From positions 295,915-359,914 of the forward strand of contig CAVXAT010000001.1 of NCBI GenBank assembly GCA_963759805.1: DNA of 64,000 bases. The letters are read 5' to 3'. Shown here in pieces: positions 50,126 through 60,351 of the stretch (position 1 is the stretch's first letter; each line of letters begins with the position of its first letter). The DNA comes from an uncultured bacterium (lineage in GTDB: Bacteria; Babelota; Babeliae; Babelales; RVW-14). The position numbers were made by a program, and so were the translations under genes. The notes below the pieces were generated by a model, which did no database searches, was not told where the DNA came from, and was given only the letters and a program-made list of their open reading frames with translations.

Positions 50126-52694
50126 TTACTCTTTCGGTTCTTTTGATTTCGACTCAACTTTTTCTGTCTCTATTTTAGTAGTGTCACCAGAACTGGTGTC
50201 ACCAGAACTGGTGTCACTAGAACTAGTGTCGTCAGAACCAGCTCCGGAATCTTCGACTTTCTCAAAAGCCTTAACCGCCAACAATGTTTGCGACTCGTCA
50301 AGTCTTACTAAGCGTACGCCGGCAGCCTGACGTCCCATAGTACGAACCTCTTGCGGAGATAAACGGATGATCTTACCATTTGCGTCAATTAATAAAACCT
50401 CTGACTGATCAGTAACTTGAACCAAGCCGATTACAGCTCCATTTCTGTGCGTAGTTGGAATAGTTCTGACTCCCAATCCACCACGATGGGCAATTCTGAA
50501 ATCAGCAATTTTAACTCGTTTTCCATAACCCTTTGCCGATGCAAATAAAATATCACCACCATCTGAGATAATTTCCATACCAACTACAGAATCATTTGCT
50601 CTCAATTTAATTCCACGTACACCTGCAGCCTGTCTTCCCATGGATCTGACCTCTTTTTCATCAAATCTTATTCCTTGACCTTTGCTGGTTGCAAGAATAA
50701 TCGAGTCAGTACCGGAGCTCAATCCGCAGAACGCAAGTTCATCCCCTTCATCAAGAGAGATTGCCCTAATTCCGGTTTTTCGGATTTTTGCAAACTCCAT
50801 CGCATCCGTTTTTTTAATGACACCATGTTTTGTTACCATAACAAGAAATTTATTTTCAAGTTCTCTGGCGCAAAGCAGTTTGACAACTTTTTCTTCCTCT
50901 GGCATCTGCAGCAAGTTAACTATTGCACGGCCTTTTGCAATTCGACTTCCCTCCGGAACTTGGAACACATCCAAGCTGAAAATTCTGCCTAAATTTGTGA
51001 AAAACAGAGAGTTCGTCGTGATTTCTTGTAACAAATGCATCCTGAATAACATCATCCAACTCTTCAAGATCTGTTATACCCTGCTTACCTTTTCCACCGC
51101 GATGTTGAAGTGTGTATGTTTCTAGAGGGACTCGCTTGATGTACCCACGACGAGTCAAGGTAACAACAACATCGTCATCTGGTATCAGATCCGCTTCACT
51201 TAGAACATCAACAGCACCTTCGATTTTTGTTTTACGAGGATCGGCATATGAGGCTTTGATCTGCTCAAGTTCTTTGACAATCTCTTTGACAAGCTCTTTT
51301 TCGCTTCCCAAAATTTCTTCCAGTCTTGCAATAATTTTTTTAATATCAGCTAACTCTTCATTAATTTTGCCACGCTCAAGCCCGGTCAAGCGCTGTAAAC
51401 GCATATCAAGAATGGCTTTGCCCTGTTTTTCCGATAGATTAAATTTCTTGTTAAGATGTACAATCGCTTCTTCGGCCGTTTGCGATGCCTTGATTAAAAC
51501 GATTACCGAATCAATATTATCAAGAGCTATAATCAGACCATCAAGAACGTGTGCGCGGGCTCTGTTTTTATCAAGATCAAACTCACATCGTCTTGTAATA
51601 ATCTCTTTGCGATGCAAAATAAAGTAATCAAGCATTTCACGCAAAGTCAGGAACATTGGCTTATTATCATACAGAGAAAGCATAATAATCGACATTGATG
51701 TCTGCAATGAAGTGTGTGTATAAAGCTGGTTAACAACCACCTGAGGAATTTCACCACGTTTGAGTTCAATTACAAGACGGATACCTTCTCGTGCCGACTC
51801 ATCGCGAATATTTGAAATGCCTTCAATGACTTTATTTTTAACTAAATCAGCAATTTTTGTAATCAGATCAGATTTATTTACCTGGTAAGGAATCTCTTTA
51901 ATTATGAGTGCTGCACTCTTTTTATCCTCTTCAACATCAATCACACCGCGCATAATAAACTGGCCATGACCGGTGCGATACCCTTTTACAATCCCACCTC
52001 TTCCACAGATAACTCCACCGGTTGGAAGATCCGGACCGGGAATAATTTCAAATAATCTGTCTTCAGAAAGATTGGGATTTTTTAAAATTTCAATACAGGC
52101 ATCAACAACCTCTCCAAGATTGTGTGGGGGAATAGAGGTTGCCATACCAACTGCAATACCTGTTGAACCGTTTACAAGTAAATTTGGGACCCTGCTAGGT
52201 AAAACCGTTGGTTCTAATATAGTTTCATCAAAGTTTGGTACAAAATAAACAGTATCCTTTTCGATATCTGCCAAAAGCTCTTTTGCAATTTTGGCCATCT
52301 TTACTTCCGTGTATCGCATAGCAGCTGCAGCATCACCGTCTATCGACCCCCAGTTTCCCTGACCGTCAAGGAGGGGATAGCGCTTGGAAAATGTCTGCAC
52401 AAGACCAACCATAGATTGATAAATTGCAGAGTCACCATGTGGGTGGTAGTGACCAATCACTTCACCAACTACAGTGGCAGATTTTCTGTAAGATTTATCG
52501 TGGTAGTACCCTAGTTTGTGCATAGCAAATAAGATACGTCGATGTACAGGCTTTAAACCATCGCGAACGTCGGGAAGCGCTCTGCTGACAATGACAGACA
52601 TTGCATAATCAAGAAACGATGTTTTTAATTCTCTCTCAATCGAGAGTTTACTTACCTTTTCTAAATTTTTTTCATCTTTAGGACCGTTAGTCAT
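50126..52694 (-). CDS. gyrA: DNA gyrase subunit A, frameshifted near 51005-51011 (two overlapping ORFs)
   Basis: RDGLKPVHRR, HPHGD, AAMRYTE, GyrA-box QHRGGKG; the CTD continues in the next frame as LFFTNLGR. Confidence 0.95.
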
Positions 52695-52943
52695 TAATCC
52701 GCCCTTCCCGTAAAAAATTTATTTGGTTAAACCAACGAAATTACTCTTCCAGCTTTCAATAACCTGTCCCAGATTTATCTGTTCTAGTAACACCTGTTCC
52801 AGGCACACTTTCACGCACTTTTTCACGTTAGACAATAAGAATACCCAGCTTTAAAAAACAAGGCAAGATTTTTGCAAGAGTTCGCGTAGATTTCAGCTAG
52901 GATACAACTTTTCAGCCAAAAATTTTTAAAATTTTAACTATAA

Positions 52944-53429
52944 TTAAACAAATATCGAAATTCCAAACCAAGCAGATGCAAGAATCAACGCTGCAATCAC
53001 AGCATAAACAGCAGCAAGAACATCATCAAGCATAACGCCCCAACCCGGCGCACGTATGTCTTCAACTCTATTTATTGGATAAATTTTTGTTATATCAAAA
53101 AACCGGAAGAGCAAGAATAAAAATAGATACGCCCTCCAATCTTTGGGCAACCAGAACAGACAGAGAAACATTCCCAAAACTTCATCGATAACAATCCAAT
53201 GCGGATCTTTGATTGAAAGGGTTCTTTCAATATGCCCGGAACAAATCACGCCGATAATTAATAAAAATAAAATTACTGCCAAATCAAAAAACATAAACTC
53301 TGTTGGTAAAAAAAACGTAATTAAAGTTGTGACAAAACTTGCAGCTGTTCCAGGCCCAACTGGAACGCACCCAACATAAAAAAACGTTGATATCAGATAA
53401 CTTATTTTAAATTTTATTTTTTCATTCAT
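52944..53429 (-). CDS. pgpA: Phosphatidylglycerophosphatase A
   Basis: PGT, DPHWIVIDEVLG, FRFFDITK, GVMLDDVLA. Confidence 0.93.
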   Translation of the reverse strand: MNEKIKFKISYLISTFFYVGCVPVGPGTAASFVTTLITFFLPTEFMFFDLAVILFLLIIGVICSGHIERTLSIKDPHWIVIDEVLGMFLCLFWLPKDWRAYLFLFLLFRFFDITKIYPINRVEDIRAPGWGVMLDDVLAAVYAVIAALILASAWFGISIFV

Positions 53430-53994
53430 GTTTTTTTAAATTATTTTTTTTAAAAAATGGCTTTAAATAATCAAGTCCGGTGTACAGAGTAAAAACTGCA
53501 ACAAAATACACACTGTATCTCACAAAATAGTCAATACAAGCTAATTGATACCCGGCATTATGCAGCAGCATGTTAACAAAAAGAAAAGCAATCGATACAA
53601 ATTGCAAAACCGTTTTGCTCTTTGCAATCTTTGACGTAACCAAACTTGAACCACGCTTAATTAAAATCGTACGAAGCCACGTTATCAGTATATCCCGTAA
53701 CGCAAATACTAAAACAACCCACCACCCAATAAATCTTATGTAAGCAAAAACTGCAAAAGTCGTAAGAATCAGTATCTTATCAGCCATTGGGTCGATGAAC
53801 GCTCCAAACTTAGTCGTTATCTTATGTTTTCGGGCAAAATAGCCATCGTACGCATCAGTAACAGCAGCAATTATAAAAACAACAATTGATAAAAGCTGCA
53901 TACATGGCGTCCCGAAAAACAACCAGACAAAGACAGGCGTCAGCAGGACTCTGAAAACAGAGAGAATATTGGGCAAGTTAAAAAAATTATACAT
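53422..53994 (-). CDS. pgsA: CDP-diacylglycerol-glycerol-3-phosphate 3-phosphatidyltransferase
   Basis: NLPNILS, TDAYDGYFAR...FGAFIDPMADK. Confidence 0.93.
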   Translation of the reverse strand: MYNFFNLPNILSVFRVLLTPVFVWLFFGTPCMQLLSIVVFIIAAVTDAYDGYFARKHKITTKFGAFIDPMADKILILTTFAVFAYIRFIGWWVVLVFALRDILITWLRTILIKRGSSLVTSKIAKSKTVLQFVSIAFLFVNMLLHNAGYQLACIDYFVRYSVYFVAVFTLYTGLDYLKPFFKKNNLKKHE

Positions 53995-54022
53995 ACAGCA
54001 ACCTTAGCCTATCTGATTCAAA

Positions 54023-55054
54023 TTATTTCTGATCCAAATTATTAATGCCTAATAAATTCGATAAGTTCGAACATATACCATCGATGGAAAATATACCATC
54101 ACACAGAGAGAGAATTGCCGGTATCTGGTAAAAATTATTATCCGCCGAAAACAGGTATAAGTTATTAATAGAGTGCTTTGCAAAAAATTTTCTGACGGAT
54201 CGCAATTTTGATGGTGGCACATGCAAAACAAAATTAATATCACCCCATTGATCATTGCGTTTCAAATTCATAATTAAGTCTAATATTTTTTTAAGTGAAC
54301 AGGCATATTTTTCATTGTCATCAAATGCGTTAATAAAAAAAACCTTGCCAAACCGCTGCCCCTTTTTATCAATCCCCCACTTCATAAATCTGAGTTTTGC
54401 ATAAGTTATCCACCTACGTGGAATAAGCAATGCAGGCTTATGATTTTCTGTAAACTGTTCACTAAAAAGCTGCCGAAAAATATTAGAATAAGAGTTATTG
54501 GAATAAGAATTTTGTAACAAATCTCGATGCGTGTCTAACGCTTGATGCAAATCTAACGTTGCCCCTAACATCTTGTAAGTACGACGCTTGGCAAAATTAT
54601 ACCATTTAGTTTTTAATGCCTGGCTAACTAAAAATCCATTTTTGCTTATTTTTTTTGCAAGCCTAATATCATCACAATGTTTTTGAGACGAAAGAAGCAC
54701 AATAATTGGATATTTAAGTTCGCGTGCCTGATTGAAAATATTTTTAAAATTTTTTGTAGAACATGTATTAAGATAAAATTTATCTACAAAAACACACTCT
54801 TGTAAAAATTCAACAAATAATTTTTCTACAAATGACTGCTTGTGACTGAAAAGGCATCCACAACCCGAATTGATCCACAGATCAACTTTAATTTGAGGAT
54901 AATTTTTTGAAAATTCGGCAAGATAACTTTGTATAAATAAAAAATCTTTTAAAGACAGATCACAAATAAAAAGAATACGCTGTGCCGCCAGTAAAATATC
55001 AGATGAAATAATCTGCTGCATAGTACTACTCTGTAAGCCAAATTTGTTAAACAA
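54023..55054 (-). CDS. Divergent glycosyltransferase family 9-like protein
   Basis: RILFI...D...YPQIKVDLW and AILSLCDGIFSID resemble the GT9 termini. Confidence 0.55.
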   Translation of the reverse strand: MFNKFGLQSSTMQQIISSDILLAAQRILFICDLSLKDFLFIQSYLAEFSKNYPQIKVDLWINSGCGCLFSHKQSFVEKLFVEFLQECVFVDKFYLNTCSTKNFKNIFNQARELKYPIIVLLSSQKHCDDIRLAKKISKNGFLVSQALKTKWYNFAKRRTYKMLGATLDLHQALDTHRDLLQNSYSNNSYSNIFRQLFSEQFTENHKPALLIPRRWITYAKLRFMKWGIDKKGQRFGKVFFINAFDDNEKYACSLKKILDLIMNLKRNDQWGDINFVLHVPPSKLRSVRKFFAKHSINNLYLFSADNNFYQIPAILSLCDGIFSIDGICSNLSNLLGINNLDQK

Positions 55055-55937
55055 TATTCTGAACTTGCTCTCGAGCCTTTTCTAACTCAACTTTTACATC
55101 AACAGAAAGCGAACTGACTTCAAATGTTGGACATTTTGCCATAAGCGTATTAATTTCACGCAAAAGCTCTTGCATGATGAAATCCAAACGCTTACCCTTT
55201 TCCAGTCCAGCCTTATCCGCAAAAACATCTTTTACACTTTTCAGATGGCTGTTAAAACGGGTAATTTCTTCATGAATATCCATTTTGTTCAGTGACATGA
55301 GCAGATCTTCTGCCTGTTTCTTTGCAAACTCATCACCGCCTTGTGTCAATTTTAACTGAGCATCAACCAACTTTTTATGTTCAGCAATTGCAACATTAAA
55401 ATTCTTTTCAATTTCTGCAATTCTTTTAGCGCACAAAGCAAATCGACCTTCAAGATCTGTTTGCAACCTACGTCCCTCTTCTGCTCGCGTTTTTGTTAAT
55501 TTTTCAATCAAAAGTGCAAGCCCATCAAAAAATTCCTTCTGTTCAGCATCAGTTAATTCACTTTTTTGCTGAACAAAAACATTTGGAAATTGCATTAATT
55601 CAGCTAATTCAAGAGTTCCTGTCAGACCAAATTTTTTCTTGATTAAATCAGCAGCTTTAACATACCCCTCAATTACTTTTAATGACGGTATGACTGCATC
55701 AAAGACCTCATTGCCTTCTGTAAATCTTACAGTAAGGTAGGTTCGACCCCTAATAAGTTTTTCTTGCAACAGATTAACAATTTTTAGCTCTAGAAAACTA
55801 AATGATGCCGGAAGCTTACATAATGCTTCAAAATATCTAGTATTTATTGTTTTTAACTCAAGTTCAACAGAAAACTCGCCACTCTTTGTATGTAAAACAG
55901 TTGTCCCATTAGAATAACCGGTCATGCTAAACAGCAC
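55047..55937 (-). CDS. yicC: YicC/YloC family endoribonuclease
   Basis: SMTGY, NTRYFE, DIHEEITRF, GKRLDFIMQELLREINT, EQVQN; GTG start after AAGGAG. Confidence 0.92.
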   Translation of the reverse strand: MLFSMTGYSNGTTVLHTKSGEFSVELELKTINTRYFEALCKLPASFSFLELKIVNLLQEKLIRGRTYLTVRFTEGNEVFDAVIPSLKVIEGYVKAADLIKKKFGLTGTLELAELMQFPNVFVQQKSELTDAEQKEFFDGLALLIEKLTKTRAEEGRRLQTDLEGRFALCAKRIAEIEKNFNVAIAEHKKLVDAQLKLTQGGDEFAKKQAEDLLMSLNKMDIHEEITRFNSHLKSVKDVFADKAGLEKGKRLDFIMQELLREINTLMAKCPTFEVSSLSVDVKVELEKAREQVQNIV

Positions 55938-55972
55938 AGTAATCTCCTTTAATGAAGAACCCAACTTTGTAA

Positions 55973-56692
55973 TTAAGCACCCAAATTTGCATAAACGTTT
56001 TGAACATCGTCAAGATCTTCCACCTCTTCCAAGAATTTTATGACAGCCTCTTCGTGAGATCCTTCCACGGACACTGGTGTTTTTGGCACCCATTCAAGAG
56101 CTGCAGATTCAACCTTGAGCCCAATACCATCAACAGCTTTTCTAATCGCATCAAGATTCTGTTTCTTACATGTAATTGAAAAAATTCCATCATTAAGCTC
56201 TACATCATCAACATTGTAATCAAGTAACTTTTCAATTACATCATCTTCATTTAAATTGCCAGTTGCTCTTACAACGCCCTTGTGTTCAAACATCCAGGAA
56301 ACAGCACCATTTTCAGCCAACGCTCCACCAACTTTTGTAAAAAGATGGCGCAAAGCCGAGACGGTTCTATTCTTATTATCACTCAAAACCTCAATCATAA
56401 GAGCGGTTCCATGTGGCCCATACCCCTCATAAGTTGCCGCTTCATATGTCTCACCTCCAGCTAGCTCACCGGTTCCTTTTTTAATCGCGCGATTAATATT
56501 TTCTTGCGGCATATTGACTGATTTGGCCTTATCAACAACTAAACGCAACTTTGCATTGCCTAGCAAGTCGCCGCCGCCTTCGCGTGCGGCCACAGTTATT
56601 TCACGAATAATTTTTGTAAAAGCTTTTCCTCTCTTTGCATCGAGTGCTGCCTTTTTATGCTTTATCGTAGACCATTTCGAATGACCTGACAT
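55973..56692 (-). CDS. yebC: YebC/PmpR family protein
   Basis: MSGHSKW, YEGYGPHG, DNKNRT, DDVQNVYAN. Confidence 0.96.
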   Translation of the reverse strand: MSGHSKWSTIKHKKAALDAKRGKAFTKIIREITVAAREGGGDLLGNAKLRLVVDKAKSVNMPQENINRAIKKGTGELAGGETYEAATYEGYGPHGTALMIEVLSDNKNRTVSALRHLFTKVGGALAENGAVSWMFEHKGVVRATGNLNEDDVIEKLLDYNVDDVELNDGIFSITCKKQNLDAIRKAVDGIGLKVESAALEWVPKTPVSVEGSHEEAVIKFLEEVEDLDDVQNVYANLGA

Positions 56693-56923
56693 AAGAGTCT
56701 CCCATAAAATTTTGCAACAAAATCGGTCCCAAACTAAACTAATCAAAAAGTATATCCACAAAAAGTATATCAATCAATCCTTCGATACAATACGATGGAC
56801 AATTTTTTTATCAAATGCTGAATTTGTCCATCTGTGATATAATAAACGATCCACACCAAGCTTTGAAATAATAAGATACAAAAGCGTAAGGATACTTTTT
56901 ATACAAATAGAAAGAAATATAAC

Positions 56924-57658
56924 ATGGAAAATCAAAAAAATAACTTTGCTAAAAATTTCACAAAAAAGCCTTTTTCCGACGGTCTGCATCACATTGCGCA
57001 ATCCATTAAATTATTACAAAACAATGATCTTGAGCAAAGTTTTTTAGTCTTAAAAAATTATTTGTTAATTTCAAACGCTAGAATGCTTGAAGGAATAGCA
57101 AACACGCTTATTATGGCTATGCCCATTAGTAAACAATTAACGGAAAGTTTAGAGAGACTTAAATTGATTAGTAAATTTGATCTAGCTCTGACCCTGAGAA
57201 CTAACAAGCCATTAGATTACAGCAATGATTTGACAGGTAATATTATCAAGATCATGTCTGCAAGAGATACCCACGTTCATCCAAAGATATTTGACTGCGA
57301 ATTTAGTTCTATAGGTATAGATCCTGAAGCTAAGCAGGTAGATTTTGCTCTAGACGAAAAAAAATATCTTGATATTATTCCATCAACTTCAAAGATGTTT
57401 CAATTTTTAGATGTGTTTTTTATCGATTGGTGCAAGTGTGATGGACCATATCTTTCAAGCTTATTATGCGAATCTGTAAAATTCGCAGATGGTAATATTG
57501 GTATACTGCAAAATTTAGATTTAACTAAAGATAAAAAAATTATCGAAAGTGTGCTAAGCATTAAGATTAGGTTCTTATCTTTGATTATTCAAGAACAAAT
57601 AAATATCCAGCAAGCTGGCATTCTGGATACTAAGTCACACAAGCAACCTTTGCGGTGA
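56924..57658 (+). CDS. Hypothetical protein with a HEPN-like RxxxxH motif
   Basis: LEGIAN ... ARDTHVHPK. Confidence 0.6.
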   Translation: MENQKNNFAKNFTKKPFSDGLHHIAQSIKLLQNNDLEQSFLVLKNYLLISNARMLEGIANTLIMAMPISKQLTESLERLKLISKFDLALTLRTNKPLDYSNDLTGNIIKIMSARDTHVHPKIFDCEFSSIGIDPEAKQVDFALDEKKYLDIIPSTSKMFQFLDVFFIDWCKCDGPYLSSLLCESVKFADGNIGILQNLDLTKDKKIIESVLSIKIRFLSLIIQEQINIQQAGILDTKSHKQPLR

Positions 57659-57937
57659 TATAGTAATTTCCCTTCACATTTTCAGGTTGAAGTAGGTTCG
57701 TATCATCCTGTAAATTTTCACAAAATGATTAACACCACTAAAAGGTGTTAGAAGAAAATAATGCAAAGAAATCCCTATTTTATTGCAGATTTAAAGTACA
57801 ATAACCAAAACAGTTGCTGCAATTATTCATTTGTAATTAATTATTCATTTTTCCCCCACCCCGTTTGATAAAAGCTTTAAATATGGCAAACTGAATATAG
57901 TTGTGATAACAATTAAACAAGTTTAGGAGGTTATATT

Positions 57938-59029
57938 ATGAATTCAAGGATAAAGTATTTACTTGCATTATCGGTTATGTTAATTCTGCTTATATCAAAA
58001 ATCTTTGCTGCCGAGCAGGCTCCTGATATTAGGTATCAACGGGTATTTTTTGTACATGATTGTCCAATATGTCTTGAGACCTTGACAGCTGATGACACCG
58101 TGCAAACCACGTGTAGGCATCTTTTTCATCGACGCTGCCTTGATGGAGCACTAAGAAGAAATGATGTATGTCCTTCATGTAGGCATAACTTTGGGACTCC
58201 TGCCGCAGCGCATCCAGAGATTGTAGCACCCGCTTGTTGTGCTGCTGCCGCACTGCCTGTAGCTCCTGATGTTCCAGTTCCTCATCCGATTAATCAAGAA
58301 TTTGTTGATGCCTCCTTACATGGAAATGGTGCCAGGGTGCATGAACTTCTTGTTGCCGGTACCGATGTAAATTCTGTTGACTCAAATGGACGTACTGCAC
58401 TAATGCAGGCTTCTATGCAAGGGCATATTGCCATTGTACAAGAACTTCTTGCCGCTGGCGCTGATGTTAATAGTGTAGCTGTACCACGGGGTTATATAAG
58501 GAATGTAGGTCCTTTCGCATTGATGCTTGCTGCTGGTAATGGCGATATTGCCATTATACGGTTGCTTATTGCTGCTGGCGCTAATGTTAATGCTGATAAC
58601 GGTGGTTTTACCGCATTGATGATGGCTATAACAAATAGAAACGAACATGAGACTGCTACTCCAATCATACAAGAACTTCTTGCCGCTGGGGCAGGAGCAA
58701 CCATTAACGCCATTAACCAAGGTGGGCAAACCGCACTGTACATGGCTGCCCAAATGGGCGATACCGCCGCGGTTCAAGCACTCCTTGCCGCTGGAGCTAT
58801 TGTAGATCGTGGTAAAGGTACTGCATTGTGGATTGCCATTGAGAGAGGACATGAGGCTGTTATACAATTACTTGTTGGTGCTGGGGCAAATGTTAATGCC
58901 TATGGGCCAGATGGAAAAACTGCATTGGAGATCACATTACAAAGACGTAATGGATACATGGGAAATCGTGTGGAATATATTAAATGGTCTAATATTGAAA
59001 GAATTCTTAAACAAGCAGGCGCTTTATAG
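57938..59029 (+). CDS. Secreted RING-H2 plus ankyrin-repeat protein
   Basis: CPIC...CRHLFHRRC...CPSCR (C3H2C3), ~6 ankyrin repeats, signal peptide. Confidence 0.92.
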   Translation: MNSRIKYLLALSVMLILLISKIFAAEQAPDIRYQRVFFVHDCPICLETLTADDTVQTTCRHLFHRRCLDGALRRNDVCPSCRHNFGTPAAAHPEIVAPACCAAAALPVAPDVPVPHPINQEFVDASLHGNGARVHELLVAGTDVNSVDSNGRTALMQASMQGHIAIVQELLAAGADVNSVAVPRGYIRNVGPFALMLAAGNGDIAIIRLLIAAGANVNADNGGFTALMMAITNRNEHETATPIIQELLAAGAGATINAINQGGQTALYMAAQMGDTAAVQALLAAGAIVDRGKGTALWIAIERGHEAVIQLLVGAGANVNAYGPDGKTALEITLQRRNGYMGNRVEYIKWSNIERILKQAGAL

Positions 59030-59094
59030 TCAAAAAAGGCTTTGCCTAAACGACGGACAAGCACCATTTTTTTATTTATTTAGGAGGTTATAAC

Positions 59095-60171
59095 ATGGAA
59101 AGTGGATTTTCAAAAACAAGTATTATTTGGGCTATTCTTTTGTTCTTTTATGTATCAATAGATGCCATGACGCCCGAACAACATGAACGCGTACGACAAT
59201 CTTGAATTCTCAGAAGCCAAGTATTGCAAAACAATCCCAACCCAGAAGCTGCTGTGCAACCTGTACCACAAAATCAAAAATGTCAGATTTGTCTTGATGA
59301 TAAAACCATTCAAGACTTCAGTATCTTGTCATGTGGACATACTTATTGTACTGATTGTTTAGTGCACGTAATTGATTTGGCAATTCATGAACACAACCCA
59401 GGCTGGCTTATATGCCCAAATCAACAATGTAGACAACCATTTAATGAATATGATATCAAAAGAATTACGAATAATGATCGTGAAAAAATAGATTTGATTG
59501 CTGCAATTAAATTGCAAAAATGGGTAGCTATGCAACCTAATGCAAAGCATTGCCCAACACCGGATTGTTCTTACTTATTCATAGACGAAGAACAATATCC
59601 TCAATCAATCAAATGTCCGCAATGTGCACACGAATATTGTTCAAATTGTCTTTTGCCACATCCAATGCAGATATCATGTAAAGATGCTAAAGAACAGCGT
59701 GTATCTGATAAAAAAAGTGAAGAGTGGAAACAAGAATACACGAAACCTTGCCCTCGATGTGGAACAAACATTGAAAAGGGAGAGGGTTGTCTCTATGTTA
59801 CTTGTACCAGGTGTGGACTTGGATTTTGTTATAACTGCTTTGGAACCCATCATGTAACCGTATGCGATCTTCCAGCGGCACAACCAAGACAAAGCTTACA
59901 AGAACATCCAGCAGACGAAGCTGTAGCTCAAATGGAAGGGCATGCAGAGATGTTTCGTTGCGAACAAAGAGCACGTAAATTGGAAGTAATGCAAGCTGCA
60001 GACAGAGCACGCCAAATCCGAGAAGCTCGCGTAATACAAGCTTACGCATGGAGAAACAGTCTTTTCGAGCCAGGTGACGCCCCACGCCTAGGCTACAATT
60101 TGAAATTTCCAGGGTTAATGGGACCGCAAAAACAAGGACAAAAAGATTATCACCAATGCCTTCACAAATGA
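59095..60171 (+). pseudogene. RBR (RING1-IBR-RING2) E3 ubiquitin ligase-like gene with a damaged 5' end
   Basis: SD plus ATG at 59095; frameshift in the signal peptide and TGA at 59203; intact RBR ORF at 59224-60171. Confidence 0.8.
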
Positions 60172-60222
60172 AGATTGCTAAGTAAAGATAGCAATACATT
60201 TTTAGATAAGCACAAATCACAG

Positions 60223-60251
60223 GCCGGCATAAATTTAATGTTTATGTCGGC
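60223..60251. terminator. Hairpin downstream of the RBR gene
   Basis: GCCGGCATAAAT...GTTTATGTCGGC. Confidence 0.5.
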
Positions 60252-60280
60252 TGTTTACTTTTGAAACGAAGATGGCTTAA

Positions 60281-60351
60281 CCCATCGCTCGGCTTGTCCG
60301 ACGTAGCCACCTGGGCGAAGGCGGGAAGAGCGACTGGAACGGCAGGATGGG
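60281..60351. repeat. Intergenic nested palindromic element
   Basis: CTTGTCCGACGTAGCC...GGCGAAGGCGGG inside a TCGCTC/GAGCGA stem. Confidence 0.7.

Noticed and set aside
50178..50232. 15-bp tandem repeats in the gyrA acidic tail (and similar DTS repeats at the maf start)
   Set aside because: Ordinary slippage in low-complexity termini; unrelated to the palindromic module family.
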